Counted from the first letter of the stretch, positions 19,813 through 29,161 are shown. The stretch is DNA of 64,000 nucleotides from an uncultured Eubacteriales bacterium (GCA_900314355.1 OMUY01000094.1:11428-75427), one strand, 5' to 3'. The notes: a model not told the origin generated them from the letters alone. Translations and numbers: made by a program.

Positions 19813-20895
19813 ATGCTTACTTACAATTTGGAAAAAGCGGACGGTCCGAAATATTTAGCTCTGTATAATTTCATAAAATCCGATATTCTCTCGGGCAAAA
19901 TAGCGAAAGGCGAAAAACTTCCGTCAAGACGGCTGCTCGCGGATCATCTTCAGATAAGCGTGGTGACGGTCGAAAACGCTTACAAAATACTTACGGACGA
20001 GGGCTATGTGATATCAAAGGCGAGAAGCGGATTTTACGTGATGAACGACAGTCTTTCAATGAGTCCGAAAAAATCCGACATCTATGAAAATTATCAGAAC
20101 TTCGAATCGTCGGACGAAAGTTCCGAGTCCGGTTTCCCCGTGCCGTCATATGTAAAAACAGCAAGAAAAATACTTTCGGAATCGCCGGAGGCTCTGTCTG
20201 CGGTGCCGACAAACAAAGGCGCATCGGCTCTGAGAAAAGCGATTTCCGGATACCTTGAAAGATACAGGGGAATGAAAACAAATCCCGACAACATAATAAT
20301 CGGCGCAGGAGCGGAATACCTTTATCAGATATTTGTGGATATTCTCGGGAACGACAAGGTCTACGCCGTCGAAAAGCCGTGCTACAAAAAAATAAAGGGA
20401 ATATACGCCGTAAACGGATGCGGTATTCAGGAGCTTGAAATGGACGGCAGAGGAATTTCGCAGCAGTCTCTTGACATGACTACGGCCGATATTCTCCACG
20501 TCACGCCTTACCATGACATAAACGGAATAAACGCCGACGCGGGCAAGAAAATGGCCTATCTCGTCTGGGCGAAAAAAAACGGCGGAATAATAATAGAAGA
20601 TGATTATTCGTCGGAATTTTCCGTAGGTCTCAAGCCTACCGAAACTTTGTACTCAATGGACGTCGATTCAATGGTAATATACGAAAACACATTCACAAAA
20701 TCGCTTTCCCGTTCAATAAGAATAGCTTACGCCGTATTGCCCGACAGTTTGATGAATGTCTATGAAAACAAGCTCGGATTTTTGACTTGTCCCGTTCCCG
20801 TATTTGACCAATATGTTCTGGCAAGATTTATAGACGAGGGAAAATTTGAAAATCATCTGAACAGAACGAGAAGACTGTTGAAATACAAGCAGTAA
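19813..20895 (+). CDS. GntR/MocR-family regulator (wHTH + fold-type-I aminotransferase-like domain), apparently lacking the C-terminal small domain
   Basis: N-terminal GntR wHTH (KLPSRRLLADHLQISVVTVENAYKILTDEGYVISKARSGFYV). AAT-like motifs LRKAISGYL, IIIGAGAEY, IIEDDYSSEF and a PLP-Lys context TFTKSLSRSIRIAY. Only 360 aa, ending in NRTRRLLKYKQ. Confidence 0.75.
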   Translation: MLTYNLEKADGPKYLALYNFIKSDILSGKIAKGEKLPSRRLLADHLQISVVTVENAYKILTDEGYVISKARSGFYVMNDSLSMSPKKSDIYENYQNFESSDESSESGFPVPSYVKTARKILSESPEALSAVPTNKGASALRKAISGYLERYRGMKTNPDNIIIGAGAEYLYQIFVDILGNDKVYAVEKPCYKKIKGIYAVNGCGIQELEMDGRGISQQSLDMTTADILHVTPYHDINGINADAGKKMAYLVWAKKNGGIIIEDDYSSEFSVGLKPTETLYSMDVDSMVIYENTFTKSLSRSIRIAYAVLPDSLMNVYENKLGFLTCPVPVFDQYVLARFIDEGKFENHLNRTRRLLKYKQ

Positions 20896-20940
20896 AAAAA
20901 TATCGGCGGCGGAAATCAATCTCCGCCGTCAAATTTTTTA
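20894..20940. terminator. Bidirectional terminator between convergent genes
   Basis: cggcgga (20907-20913) / tccgccg (20922-20928), flanked by an A7 run upstream and a T6 run downstream. Confidence 0.6.
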
Positions 20941-20951
20941 TCGCGATGATT

Positions 20952-21902
20952 TTAATTCCATACTATTGTCATTGTAAGTCCGAGACGCTGATAATTCAGT
21001 CCTTCGACAAAATGCGCGTCGAGTATGGCCTTTTCAAGAGCATCGGCCTGTTTTTCGTCAGTCATAAAGAAAGACGCGTGCATTGTGAGCTCATCAGGCG
21101 ACGCCATATCGAAAAGCTTGAATCCGGTCAGCCACCAGTGTTTTTCCGGTCCTCTCGTCATGTACAGCTGACCGTCTCTGTAAAGGGCGAACGACAGCAT
21201 TATAGTCTGATCGTCCGGCACGGCTTCGTAATAAGCGGTGTCCAAATCCGGTTTTTTCCAATAAGTGCCTATTTCGCCGCCCGTTGTAATGCCGTATCTG
21301 CCTTTCCAGAGCTGTATTCTCCAATCCATATTGTTGTAATTGAAGAAAAACCTGATAGTGTCGTAATACATGCCCATCGTCGCGGCGCTTGCGTCATAGA
21401 AATTTGTGTAGCCGAAAAGCCTCTGCCACGACTGTGAATCGGAATAGAAAATATTCTGATTTTTATCGTATCTGAAGCCGAGAGCGAGAATCAGTTTTCC
21501 TATTCTGTACGACTCTCCCGTAAGACCCGAAAGCGAATTGTCGTCGGATACAGTTCCGTCCGTAACGACATTGAAAAAACCGTGCTGCGGCGCCGTCGTC
21601 GATTCGTCCTCGTATGAATAAGTCTCCGCCGCATCGAGGAACTGCTTTATATATTCATCGTCCTCCGAAAGCGTTTTTTTCTGTCCGCCTGACGGCGTCT
21701 CGGTCGTAGTGGTTTTCGTGCTTGACGCCTGATTTGCGATTGTCGTCGAATATGACGGAATTACGGTCTGAACAGCCTTGTCGGACACGTCGCCGTATGA
21801 AACTTTTGATTTTCCGTGACCCACCGCGAGCATAACAATCAGCGCCGCAACGGCAACCGATGTGACTACGACAAGTATAACTGTGGAATTTCTTTTTCGC
21901 AT
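20952..21902 (-). CDS. Membrane-anchored extracytoplasmic protein, DUF4474-like (function unknown)
   Basis: N-terminal TM anchor VILVVVTSVAVAALIVMLAV. The block GFRYDKNQNIFYSDSQSWQRLFGYTNFYD...IQLWKGRYGITTGGEIGTYW matches my recollection of DUF4474. Confidence 0.55.
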   Translation of the reverse strand: MRKRNSTVILVVVTSVAVAALIVMLAVGHGKSKVSYGDVSDKAVQTVIPSYSTTIANQASSTKTTTTETPSGGQKKTLSEDDEYIKQFLDAAETYSYEDESTTAPQHGFFNVVTDGTVSDDNSLSGLTGESYRIGKLILALGFRYDKNQNIFYSDSQSWQRLFGYTNFYDASAATMGMYYDTIRFFFNYNNMDWRIQLWKGRYGITTGGEIGTYWKKPDLDTAYYEAVPDDQTIMLSFALYRDGQLYMTRGPEKHWWLTGFKLFDMASPDELTMHASFFMTDEKQADALEKAILDAHFVEGLNYQRLGLTMTIVWN

Positions 21903-22050
21903 AAAATATTCAACCCTGAGAATAAATCTTTTTACAGTCTGTTTTTATTATCAACACGAACTATATTTTTATTCATATTAATTATATCATATGTAAAAAT
22001 TTTTTCAATGAAAATCGAAAAATATTTTACCGAAACGACAAAACCCCCAT

Positions 22051-22073
22051 TAAAAAGCCGGGCATAACCCGGC
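22051..22073 (-). terminator. Terminator after radical-SAM gene
   Basis: gccggg (22057-22062) / cccggc (22068-22073), with an A5 run on the + strand giving a minus-strand U-tail. Confidence 0.45.
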
Positions 22074-22104
22074 GGAAATATCAAAAGATGTCAAATAAGA
22101 AAAT

Positions 22105-22713
22105 TTATTTAATGTATTCTCTTACCCTAAGTTTAATACCGTTGTCGCCGCAAAGCTCCCTGCATTTTTCAACTTCATCTTTTCCTATTGAATCGACGAC
22201 GGACATTTTTACCTCTGGAATGTATTTTTCGGCTTCTTTCGTAAATTTTATCATAGCGTCAAACGATTTTTTGCCGAATTTGGGATGGCATACGGCGCAG
22301 TATTTTTCCGCGTCCGAAGCGTTTAAAGAAACCGACACCTTGTCAATAAGACCTTTCATTCTCTTCGCGGAGTCGTCGGTATTGTTTATCAGGTCCGAAA
22401 GCCCGTTTGTATTAAGCCTTATCTTTACATCGGGATGTGTTTTTTTGATGTATTCGGCGGTTTTCAGCAGATTTTCAAGCGCACAGGTCGGCTCACCGAA
22501 TCCGCAGAATACGACTTCCTTTTTTGAGCCGAAATCAAATTTGTCTATCGCCTCTTTTATCTCGTCAAAAGACGGCGTATGATCGAGCCACAGAGAACCC
22601 TGTTCGCCGAGACCGGACTCGTTTTTTCTTATGCAGAAATCGCACGCGCACGGGCACTGATTTGTAATGTTGAGATAAATCTTATCTCCGTAATCATAGA
22701 CAATATTTTCCAT
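22105..22713 (-). CDS. Radical SAM protein (TatD-associated radical-SAM family-like, TIGR04038-type; unverified)
   Basis: YLNITNQCPCACDFCIR contains CxxxCxxC. About 200 aa core. I place the start at ATG 22713 (MENIVYDYG...) because AAGAGG sits 10 nt upstream. The track start at 22782 adds 23 aa with no SD. Confidence 0.7.
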   Translation of the reverse strand: MENIVYDYGDKIYLNITNQCPCACDFCIRKNESGLGEQGSLWLDHTPSFDEIKEAIDKFDFGSKKEVVFCGFGEPTCALENLLKTAEYIKKTHPDVKIRLNTNGLSDLINNTDDSAKRMKGLIDKVSVSLNASDAEKYCAVCHPKFGKKSFDAMIKFTKEAEKYIPEVKMSVVDSIGKDEVEKCRELCGDNGIKLRVREYIK

Positions 22714-22826
22714 ATCGACAAAACCTCTTTGATTTGATAAAAATTCAATCCGGCTGAAAACAGATTTCCCGACCGGAAACATCGGATAAAATATTTCTGA
22801 TGTTTTAGATAAAGCAAAAAAAAACT

Positions 22827-23429
22827 TTACTTGAATTTGAGCATTTTCTTTTTTATGCCGCCCTTATCCAGAGCCGCGGCGACCGCATAATACACGGCGG
22901 CGCCCGCCACGTCCTGAACTACGGTGAACGGAGCCGATGTCAGTGCCGACGCCCATGAATAGAGCACGCCCTCCGCAGCATAGTAGCCGACTACCGATAC
23001 TATAAGCGCGAACACCGGCGCAATATAATTTCGCCTGCAAAGCATTTTCTGCTTTTTAGACGTAAAAAATACGCACATAAGAGCCTTGATTACAAAAGTC
23101 CAAGGCGCCCACGCGGCCGAACCCGAGAATATATCCGACAACATCCCTCCGACAGCTCCCGACGCCATCGCGAACGGAAGCGGCAGAACAGACGCCGAAA
23201 GAAAAATTACAGCGTCTCCCAGATGAATGTACCCGCCGTTTGAACCTATGGGAATTTTCGGGAAAAACGTGACCGCACATGTGAGAGCTGCGAACATAGC
23301 GGCATATACGAGATAGAAAAGAGCTTTTTTGTCGTTGTTTTTCTCCGGAACAGAATCGTTTGATTCTTTCTTTTTCTCTTCTTCTTTCATGGAAACGACA
23401 TTATTTTCCAAAGTCTCCGTATCTTTCAA
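22827..23429 (-). CDS. Polytopic membrane protein, ECF-transporter S-component-like
   Basis: About 45-aa charged N-terminal tail followed by about 5 TM segments (GYIHLGDAVIFLSASVLPLPFAMASGAVGGMLSDI...). TTG start with GAGAGG SD. It is 44-113 nt upstream of the radical-SAM gene on the same strand. Confidence 0.6.
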   Translation of the reverse strand: MKDTETLENNVVSMKEEEKKKESNDSVPEKNNDKKALFYLVYAAMFAALTCAVTFFPKIPIGSNGGYIHLGDAVIFLSASVLPLPFAMASGAVGGMLSDIFSGSAAWAPWTFVIKALMCVFFTSKKQKMLCRRNYIAPVFALIVSVVGYYAAEGVLYSWASALTSAPFTVVQDVAGAAVYYAVAAALDKGGIKKKMLKFK

Positions 23430-23472
23430 TTTTTTTCATTCCTCTCATATATTTCGCCCGGGTTTATTAAGA

Positions 23473-23501
23473 ATTATAGTATTGTTCTGGTATGTATTCA
23501 A
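23473..23501 (-). promoter_or_regulatory. Near-consensus sigma-A promoter for the membrane protein / radical-SAM pair
   Basis: Minus strand: TTGAAT (23501-23496), 17 nt, TATAAT (23478-23473). This leaves a leader of only about 40 nt. Confidence 0.55.
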
Positions 23502-23648
23502 TAGCCAGAATTTGATTTTTTTATATGACCAGATTAATTTTTCGACGTTTTTATTATTTTATATTTGAGTTCAAGTTTCAAGCAGATTTTAAAAAAAAAA
23601 TTTTAGTATATTTTAATAATCAATAAAATACGCAGAGGCGGCAATATT

Positions 23649-24395
23649 TTGACTAAAAAGATAATTTCCATATTTGTCTCGCTTATTCTTATCGCTATCA
23701 TATTTTCGTCATGCGGAAAGGATGAAGTCAGGACTGTTTTGACAACAGCCGAGGAGACGACCGAGCAGCAGTCTTTGGAGGAATCGACGATAGACATCGA
23801 TATAACAAAGCTTTTGAATGTTGATGACACATGGCAGGATAAATACGCCCTTTCATACAGCTATTACGATTCTTCTTCAGGCGAGTCGACTATAGCCGAG
23901 GGCAAAATAGGAGATTATTACCAGTCAATGGATTATTCGTCCGGGACTATCGTTTATCTGACGCAGGAAAACGGATATATGATAGAGTACATGCTCAACC
24001 ATTCGACAAAAACAGGAACGGCAGCCGTAGTCACAGACTCCGACGTCTCTTCTTCGTCGTCGGGATTTGTCATGCTTTCAACGGTAGACCCTCTTTTTCC
24101 GCAGTACAAAAATGTCGTCGAAGTTGGAACAGACTACGTCTGCAAAAGACCTGCCGTAAGATACAGACAGACGCAGTCCGATTCATCGGGAAAAGCCGAC
24201 AAGATAGCGTATGTATGGGTAGACAGCCAATACGGTTTTGCGTCCAAATGCGAACTTTACGATGCCGAAAGCCGGAAACTTCTGATGAGGTGGGAGCTTA
24301 AATCGTTCACCCGCAACGTGAAAGAGAACAGCGTAAAAATAGATCTTTCAAAATACAAGATAACAGACGAAACAGAGTCGTCTACGGCAGAATAA
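23649..24395 (+). CDS. Lipoprotein of unknown function
   Basis: TTG start. Signal peptide with lipobox IIFSSC|GKD. 248 aa. Confidence 0.7.
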   Translation: MTKKIISIFVSLILIAIIFSSCGKDEVRTVLTTAEETTEQQSLEESTIDIDITKLLNVDDTWQDKYALSYSYYDSSSGESTIAEGKIGDYYQSMDYSSGTIVYLTQENGYMIEYMLNHSTKTGTAAVVTDSDVSSSSSGFVMLSTVDPLFPQYKNVVEVGTDYVCKRPAVRYRQTQSDSSGKADKIAYVWVDSQYGFASKCELYDAESRKLLMRWELKSFTRNVKENSVKIDLSKYKITDETESSTAE

Positions 24396-24397
24396 TT

Positions 24398-26425
24398 ATG
24401 GAAAAAAGAAGGCCTGAAATTTTAGCGCCGGCCGGTAATCCCGAAAAACTTGAAGCCGCGGTCAGATCTGGCTGTGACGGGGTTTATCTCGGTCTGAAAG
24501 AATTGAGCGCGAGAAGCTACGCGGGAAATTTTTCAACAGACGAATTGAGAGAAGCCGTAAAATACTGCCGTGCAAGAAACGTTAAAACTTACCTCGCGAT
24601 GAATACTCTCGTCACGGACGATGAGCTTCCTCATACCGTGCAGCTGATTAAAGAAGCGGCGAAAACAGGTATTGACGCCGTTATAGTTCAGGATCTCGGC
24701 ATATTGAAAATTTGGCGCGAAGTCTGCCCCGACGTAAAACTGAACGCCTCAACTCAGATGACCGTAACTGACATTTCAGGCGAAAAAGCGGCCGCAAAGC
24801 TGGGGATTACAAGGGTTGTTCTGCCTCGCGAACTTTCCGAAAAAGAAATAGAAATAATGAACGCCGGAATAGTTGATACCGAGGTTTTTATTCACGGCGC
24901 GCTCTGCGTATCAGTTTCGGGCACATGCCTTTTGTCGTCTTTTATCGGCGCGAGAAGCGGAAACAGGGGAAAATGCGCTCAGCCGTGCAGGCTCGATTCA
25001 GTCTGCAAAGGAAGGCATTACGCTCTGTCGCTTAAAGATATGTCGCTCATAGAAAAACTGCCGGAGCTTGAAAAAGCCGGAGTTTCCTCGCTTAAAATCG
25101 AGGGAAGAATGAAAAGACCGGAGTATGTGTCCGAGGCTGTTTCCGATTCGGTAAAATCGTTAAACGGTGAAAATTTTGAAACGGAAACTTTAAAAAACGT
25201 ATTTTCAAGACAGGGATTTACTGACGGGTATTTCACAGGGAAAAGAAATATTTCAATGTTCGGTCACAGGTCAAAAGACGACGTTGAAAACTCCGGAAGC
25301 GAATTCGGAAAAATTCACGAAAACTACAGAAGAGAAAGACAGTCCGTAAAAATTTCGTTCTTCCTTTCCGAAGAGGAAAAAAACGGAGAAAAATTTGCCG
25401 TTCTAACGGCGTCGGACGGGAAAAACACCGTTTCGGCGGAAGAAAAATGCGGCGTAAACGAATACGGGAAAAATTTAATTTCCTCAAAACTCAATAAGAC
25501 CGGCGGAACGATTTATATTCCGGAAAATATAGTATGCCCCGAAAAAATAAGGATTTCGCCCGGTCAAATTTCAGATTTGAGAAGAAAAGTCCTCGACAGC
25601 CTGACAGAAAAAAGGGAAAAGATACCAGACAGAAAAATCAACGATTTCAATCTTGTCTTAAATTCTGCGTGCAGAAAAAACATAGATGATATTAGGCTGA
25701 GGTTTGAAAAAACCGAACAGATTTTCGACCGAAGCGAAAAAATCATTCTGCCGATTGACGAGATAATATCAAATCCGCATATATCTGAAAAATACTTCGT
25801 GTCCGCCGAGCTTCCGTTTGTAACTTTCCCTTCCGACGAGGAAAATTTAAAAGTCAAACTTGAAAAGTTGAAGTCTGCCGGAATAACGGACGTATACGCC
25901 GACAATATTTCAAACGCCTATCTTGCCGCCGAAAAAGGTTTTAAAGTCCACGGCGGGCACGGTTTGAACGTTTTAAATTCGGTCGCCGCGTCGGAATACG
26001 GGAAATTGGGAATTGACGATCTGACTTCATCGGTCGAGCTGAATTTTGAAAAATTCAAAATGATGAGAAGCAGGTGCGATATTCCTCTCGGAATTATTTG
26101 CTACGGTCACATTCCGCTGATGACATTCCGCAGCTGTCCCGCAAGGACGGAAAAAGGCTGCTCAGGGTGTACCGGTCTTTCCGATTTGAACGACAGGACA
26201 GGCAGGATTTTTAAAATAATTTGCAGAAATAAAAAATTTTCCCAGCTTTTAAATTCAGAGCCTCTTTTCGTCGAAAAAGATAAACTGCCGCCGTCCGATT
26301 TTCAAACTCTTTATTTCACTTACGAGACAAAAGAAGAATGCGAGCATATTTACGATTTGTTTATCAAAGGAAAAACCATTGAAGGCAAAAAGACGAGAGG
26401 TCTGTATTACCGCGAACTTTTATAA
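24398..26425 (+). CDS. U32 family peptidase-like protein (long, 675 aa form)
   Basis: PEILAPAGNPEKLEAAVRSGCDGVYLG..., ...LKIEGRMKRPEYV and a Cys cluster are typical of U32 (PrtC/YrrN-YrrO/RlhA family). Confidence 0.85.
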   Translation: MEKRRPEILAPAGNPEKLEAAVRSGCDGVYLGLKELSARSYAGNFSTDELREAVKYCRARNVKTYLAMNTLVTDDELPHTVQLIKEAAKTGIDAVIVQDLGILKIWREVCPDVKLNASTQMTVTDISGEKAAAKLGITRVVLPRELSEKEIEIMNAGIVDTEVFIHGALCVSVSGTCLLSSFIGARSGNRGKCAQPCRLDSVCKGRHYALSLKDMSLIEKLPELEKAGVSSLKIEGRMKRPEYVSEAVSDSVKSLNGENFETETLKNVFSRQGFTDGYFTGKRNISMFGHRSKDDVENSGSEFGKIHENYRRERQSVKISFFLSEEEKNGEKFAVLTASDGKNTVSAEEKCGVNEYGKNLISSKLNKTGGTIYIPENIVCPEKIRISPGQISDLRRKVLDSLTEKREKIPDRKINDFNLVLNSACRKNIDDIRLRFEKTEQIFDRSEKIILPIDEIISNPHISEKYFVSAELPFVTFPSDEENLKVKLEKLKSAGITDVYADNISNAYLAAEKGFKVHGGHGLNVLNSVAASEYGKLGIDDLTSSVELNFEKFKMMRSRCDIPLGIICYGHIPLMTFRSCPARTEKGCSGCTGLSDLNDRTGRIFKIICRNKKFSQLLNSEPLFVEKDKLPPSDFQTLYFTYETKEECEHIYDLFIKGKTIEGKKTRGLYYRELL

Positions 26426-26428
26426 AAA

Positions 26429-27298
26429 ATGAAATATCTTTCAATGAACGAATACTGCCGAGAAAAATTCGGCGTAAAGCTTTACAGACTTTCTGTTGAC
26501 GGCGGTTTCACATGTCCCAACAGGGATGGGACAAAAGGCGCAGGCGGCTGTATTTTCTGCACGGGCTCGGGTGAGTTCTGCTCCGAAGGAGAAACCGTAT
26601 CGTCTCAGCTCGAAAAGGCGAAAAAGCTCGTCGAAAAAAAGAACAAAGGCGGAAAATATATATCATATTTCGGCTCGTTTACTAATACTTACGCGCCTGT
26701 TCCGTATCTCAAAAAACTATTTTATGACGCGATAAAACCTGACGATATTCTCGTTTTATCTGTCGCGACAAGACCTGACTGTCTGCCGGATGAAACGATT
26801 TCGCTTTTATCCGAAATAAATAAAATAAAACCTGTCTGGGTCGAACTCGGTCTTCAGACAAGCTCTGACGATACCGCCGAAAAAATAAACAGACGTTATA
26901 AAACAAGCGAATATTCGGACGCGGTAACAAAACTTAAAGACAACGGCATTTACGTCATAACGCATTTGATTTTCGGTCTGCCCGGAGAAAACCGCGGCGA
27001 TATGATGAGATCAGTCAAATTCGCCGTCAATTCGGGAACAGACGGAATAAAAATTCACTGCCTTTATGTATCAGAAAACACTGAACTCGCGAAAATGTAC
27101 GAAAGAAACGAATACAGGTGTCTCGGCGAGGACGAATATATTTCTCTTGTAATCAACGCGCTTAAACTTATTCCGCCCGATGTGGCGATTCACAGACTGA
27201 CGGGCGACGGCGACAAGAGAACTTTAATCGCTCCGGAATGGACGAAGAATAAAAAAGAAGTTCTGAACAGAATGAAAAAAGCAATCGGAGACGCTTAA
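26429..27298 (+). CDS. TIGR01212-family radical SAM protein (YhcC-like)
   Basis: KLYRLSVDGGFTCPNRDGTKGAGGCIFC closely parallels E. coli YhcC. The start lies 3 nt after the U32 stop. Confidence 0.85.
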   Translation: MKYLSMNEYCREKFGVKLYRLSVDGGFTCPNRDGTKGAGGCIFCTGSGEFCSEGETVSSQLEKAKKLVEKKNKGGKYISYFGSFTNTYAPVPYLKKLFYDAIKPDDILVLSVATRPDCLPDETISLLSEINKIKPVWVELGLQTSSDDTAEKINRRYKTSEYSDAVTKLKDNGIYVITHLIFGLPGENRGDMMRSVKFAVNSGTDGIKIHCLYVSENTELAKMYERNEYRCLGEDEYISLVINALKLIPPDVAIHRLTGDGDKRTLIAPEWTKNKKEVLNRMKKAIGDA

Positions 27299-27302
27299 TA
27301 CC

Positions 27303-28379
27303 ATGAATAAAAAAAGATTTTTTTTAATTCCCGTCATAATATCGATTGCGCTTATATTTAACGCGATCGGATGCTCAGCGGCAGGAAGTTACAAGATTTC
27401 ATATGTCTTATCGGACTCGTCTCTCGGCGTAAGAAACGATATGGTGTCAAATCCGAATCCGCAATTTTACTCATCGGACGAAGAACTTGAATTAAAAGAC
27501 CCCGTCTGCGCCGACCTGAGATTTTCTTTTTCCCGCTGGGAAGACGAAAACGGGAACGAAGTGAAAACAATACGAAAAAACTCCGAAGGCGCGATTACGC
27601 TGTATGCGAAATGGGAAAAGGCAAAAGTTAAAATAACTTACGATTTCGGCTCTGTAGATACGGCAAAAGCCAAAATCACAAATCCCAATCCGGAAAATAT
27701 CGAATCCGGCGAAAGCCTGAATTTATCAGAACCGTCAATAGAAAGCGAAGGTTTTAAATTCGGAGGATGGTATCTTGACAAAAATTTTACCAAGGAGATA
27801 AAATCTCTTGATAACGTCACCGAGAATAAAACAGTCTATGCAAAAATAGACGAGGTGGTATATTCCGTTTACTACGAGCTGAACGCGTCCGACAGCGGAA
27901 TAGATCCGATAAAAATAACAAATTACGAAAACAAATCATTCAGAAAGGCGTCCGAAAAATATACTCCGGCAGATCCGGTTCTTCTCGACGCAAATTACGC
28001 TTTCGGCGGATGGTACTTTGATTCGGATTTCACAGAAAAGGCGGAATCGATAGACGCGTACACCTGCAGAAACGTAACGCTCTACGCGAAAATTTACAAA
28101 ATACTGACTTACAAACCGTCATGGGGCGACGCGTCCGTATCCGGCGGGGTTCAGGCGTCCGATGCGAGAATGATATTAAGATATTCCGCAAGGCTTGAAA
28201 CAAAAATTTCAGAACTCGGTCTTAAACTTTCAGACGTAGATAACGACGGAAGGATAACTTCCAAGGACGCGCGTCTCGTCTTACGAATGTCGGCTCTTTT
28301 AATTACAGAAAGCGAATTGAAAGAAAAGTACGGTTTAAAAGACATAGAGATTGCAGACGGCAATGTGGTGTTTGTTTAA
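27303..28379 (+). CDS. Secreted protein with three Listeria-Bacteroides (Flg_new) repeats and a C-terminal type-I dockerin
   Basis: Signal peptide. Repeats end ...TLYAKWEK / GFKFGGWYLDKNFTKE...VYAKI / YAFGGWYFDSDFTEK...LYAKIYK. The dockerin has two Ca-binding segments: GDASVSGGVQASDARMILRYSA and DVDNDGRITSKDARLVLRMSA. Confidence 0.8.
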   Translation: MNKKRFFLIPVIISIALIFNAIGCSAAGSYKISYVLSDSSLGVRNDMVSNPNPQFYSSDEELELKDPVCADLRFSFSRWEDENGNEVKTIRKNSEGAITLYAKWEKAKVKITYDFGSVDTAKAKITNPNPENIESGESLNLSEPSIESEGFKFGGWYLDKNFTKEIKSLDNVTENKTVYAKIDEVVYSVYYELNASDSGIDPIKITNYENKSFRKASEKYTPADPVLLDANYAFGGWYFDSDFTEKAESIDAYTCRNVTLYAKIYKILTYKPSWGDASVSGGVQASDARMILRYSARLETKISELGLKLSDVDNDGRITSKDARLVLRMSALLITESELKEKYGLKDIEIADGNVVFV

Positions 28380-28503
28380 TTTATGAATATTGTAAAAAAT
28401 AAAATTTAACAGTTGAAAATAATCCGCAATTTATATATAATACGTTAGAAAGTATTTCAAACCCTATTTTGGGCAGTCTGGTTTATAACAAGGAGAAATA
28501 AAA

Positions 28504-29076
28504 ATGGAAAAGATTTTACTTGAAACGTCGGCAAGACACGTTCATCTTTCTCAGTCGGATCTTGAGACGCTTTTCGGCAAAGGATTCGAGCTGTCTGTAA
28601 AAAAAATGCTGTCCCAGCCGGGTCAGTTTGCTTCAAATGAAAAAGTAGCCGTCATCGGTCCCAAGGGTCAGTTCCCGAAAGTATCTATTTTAGGACCTGT
28701 ACGCAAGCAGACTCAGGTCGAGCTTTCCGCGACTGACGCGAGATCAATAGGCGTAACGGCTCCCATAAGAGAATCAGGCGACCTCGCAAATTCAGGAGCG
28801 TGCAAAATAGTAGGACCGGAAGGCGAAATCGAGATTTCAGAAGGCGTTATCGTAGCTAAAAGACATGTACACATGACGCCCGCCGACGCCGAAAATTACG
28901 GAGTAAAGGACGGTCAATCGGTATCCATTAAGGTTGATTCCGCCGAAAGAGGTCTTACATTCTCGGATGTCGTGGTAAGAGTAAGCGACAAATACAAGCT
29001 CGCCGTACATATCGACACGGACGAATCGAACGCGTGCGGCGCGGTTCCCGGAATGATGGTTGAACTCATCAAATAA
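28504..29076 (+). CDS. pduL: Phosphate propanoyl/acetyl-transferase, PduL type
   Basis: ETSARHVHLSQSDLETLFG and a second RHVHMTPADAENYG repeat are diagnostic for PduL. AAGGAG SD. Confidence 0.9.
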   Translation: MEKILLETSARHVHLSQSDLETLFGKGFELSVKKMLSQPGQFASNEKVAVIGPKGQFPKVSILGPVRKQTQVELSATDARSIGVTAPIRESGDLANSGACKIVGPEGEIEISEGVIVAKRHVHMTPADAENYGVKDGQSVSIKVDSAERGLTFSDVVVRVSDKYKLAVHIDTDESNACGAVPGMMVELIK

Positions 29077-29121
29077 TATTTAAAAACTTTAATTAACAAA
29101 ATAAGCGGGCAAAAATGATAT

Positions 29122-29161
29122 GCACCTCCAAAAGTCAGCCACCTTAGGAGGTGCGTTTTTA
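29122..29161 (+). terminator. Terminator of pduL
   Basis: Perfect 8-bp stem gcacctcc (29122-29129) / ggaggtgc (29147-29154), then gttttt. Confidence 0.7.

Noticed and set aside
23430-23648. Riboswitch (for example preQ1 or a vitamin class) in front of the ECF-S-like membrane protein
   Set aside because: The near-consensus promoter at 23473-23501 leaves a leader of only about 40 nt. The ttctgg...ccagaa hairpin overlaps the promoter spacer rather than a transcribed leader.
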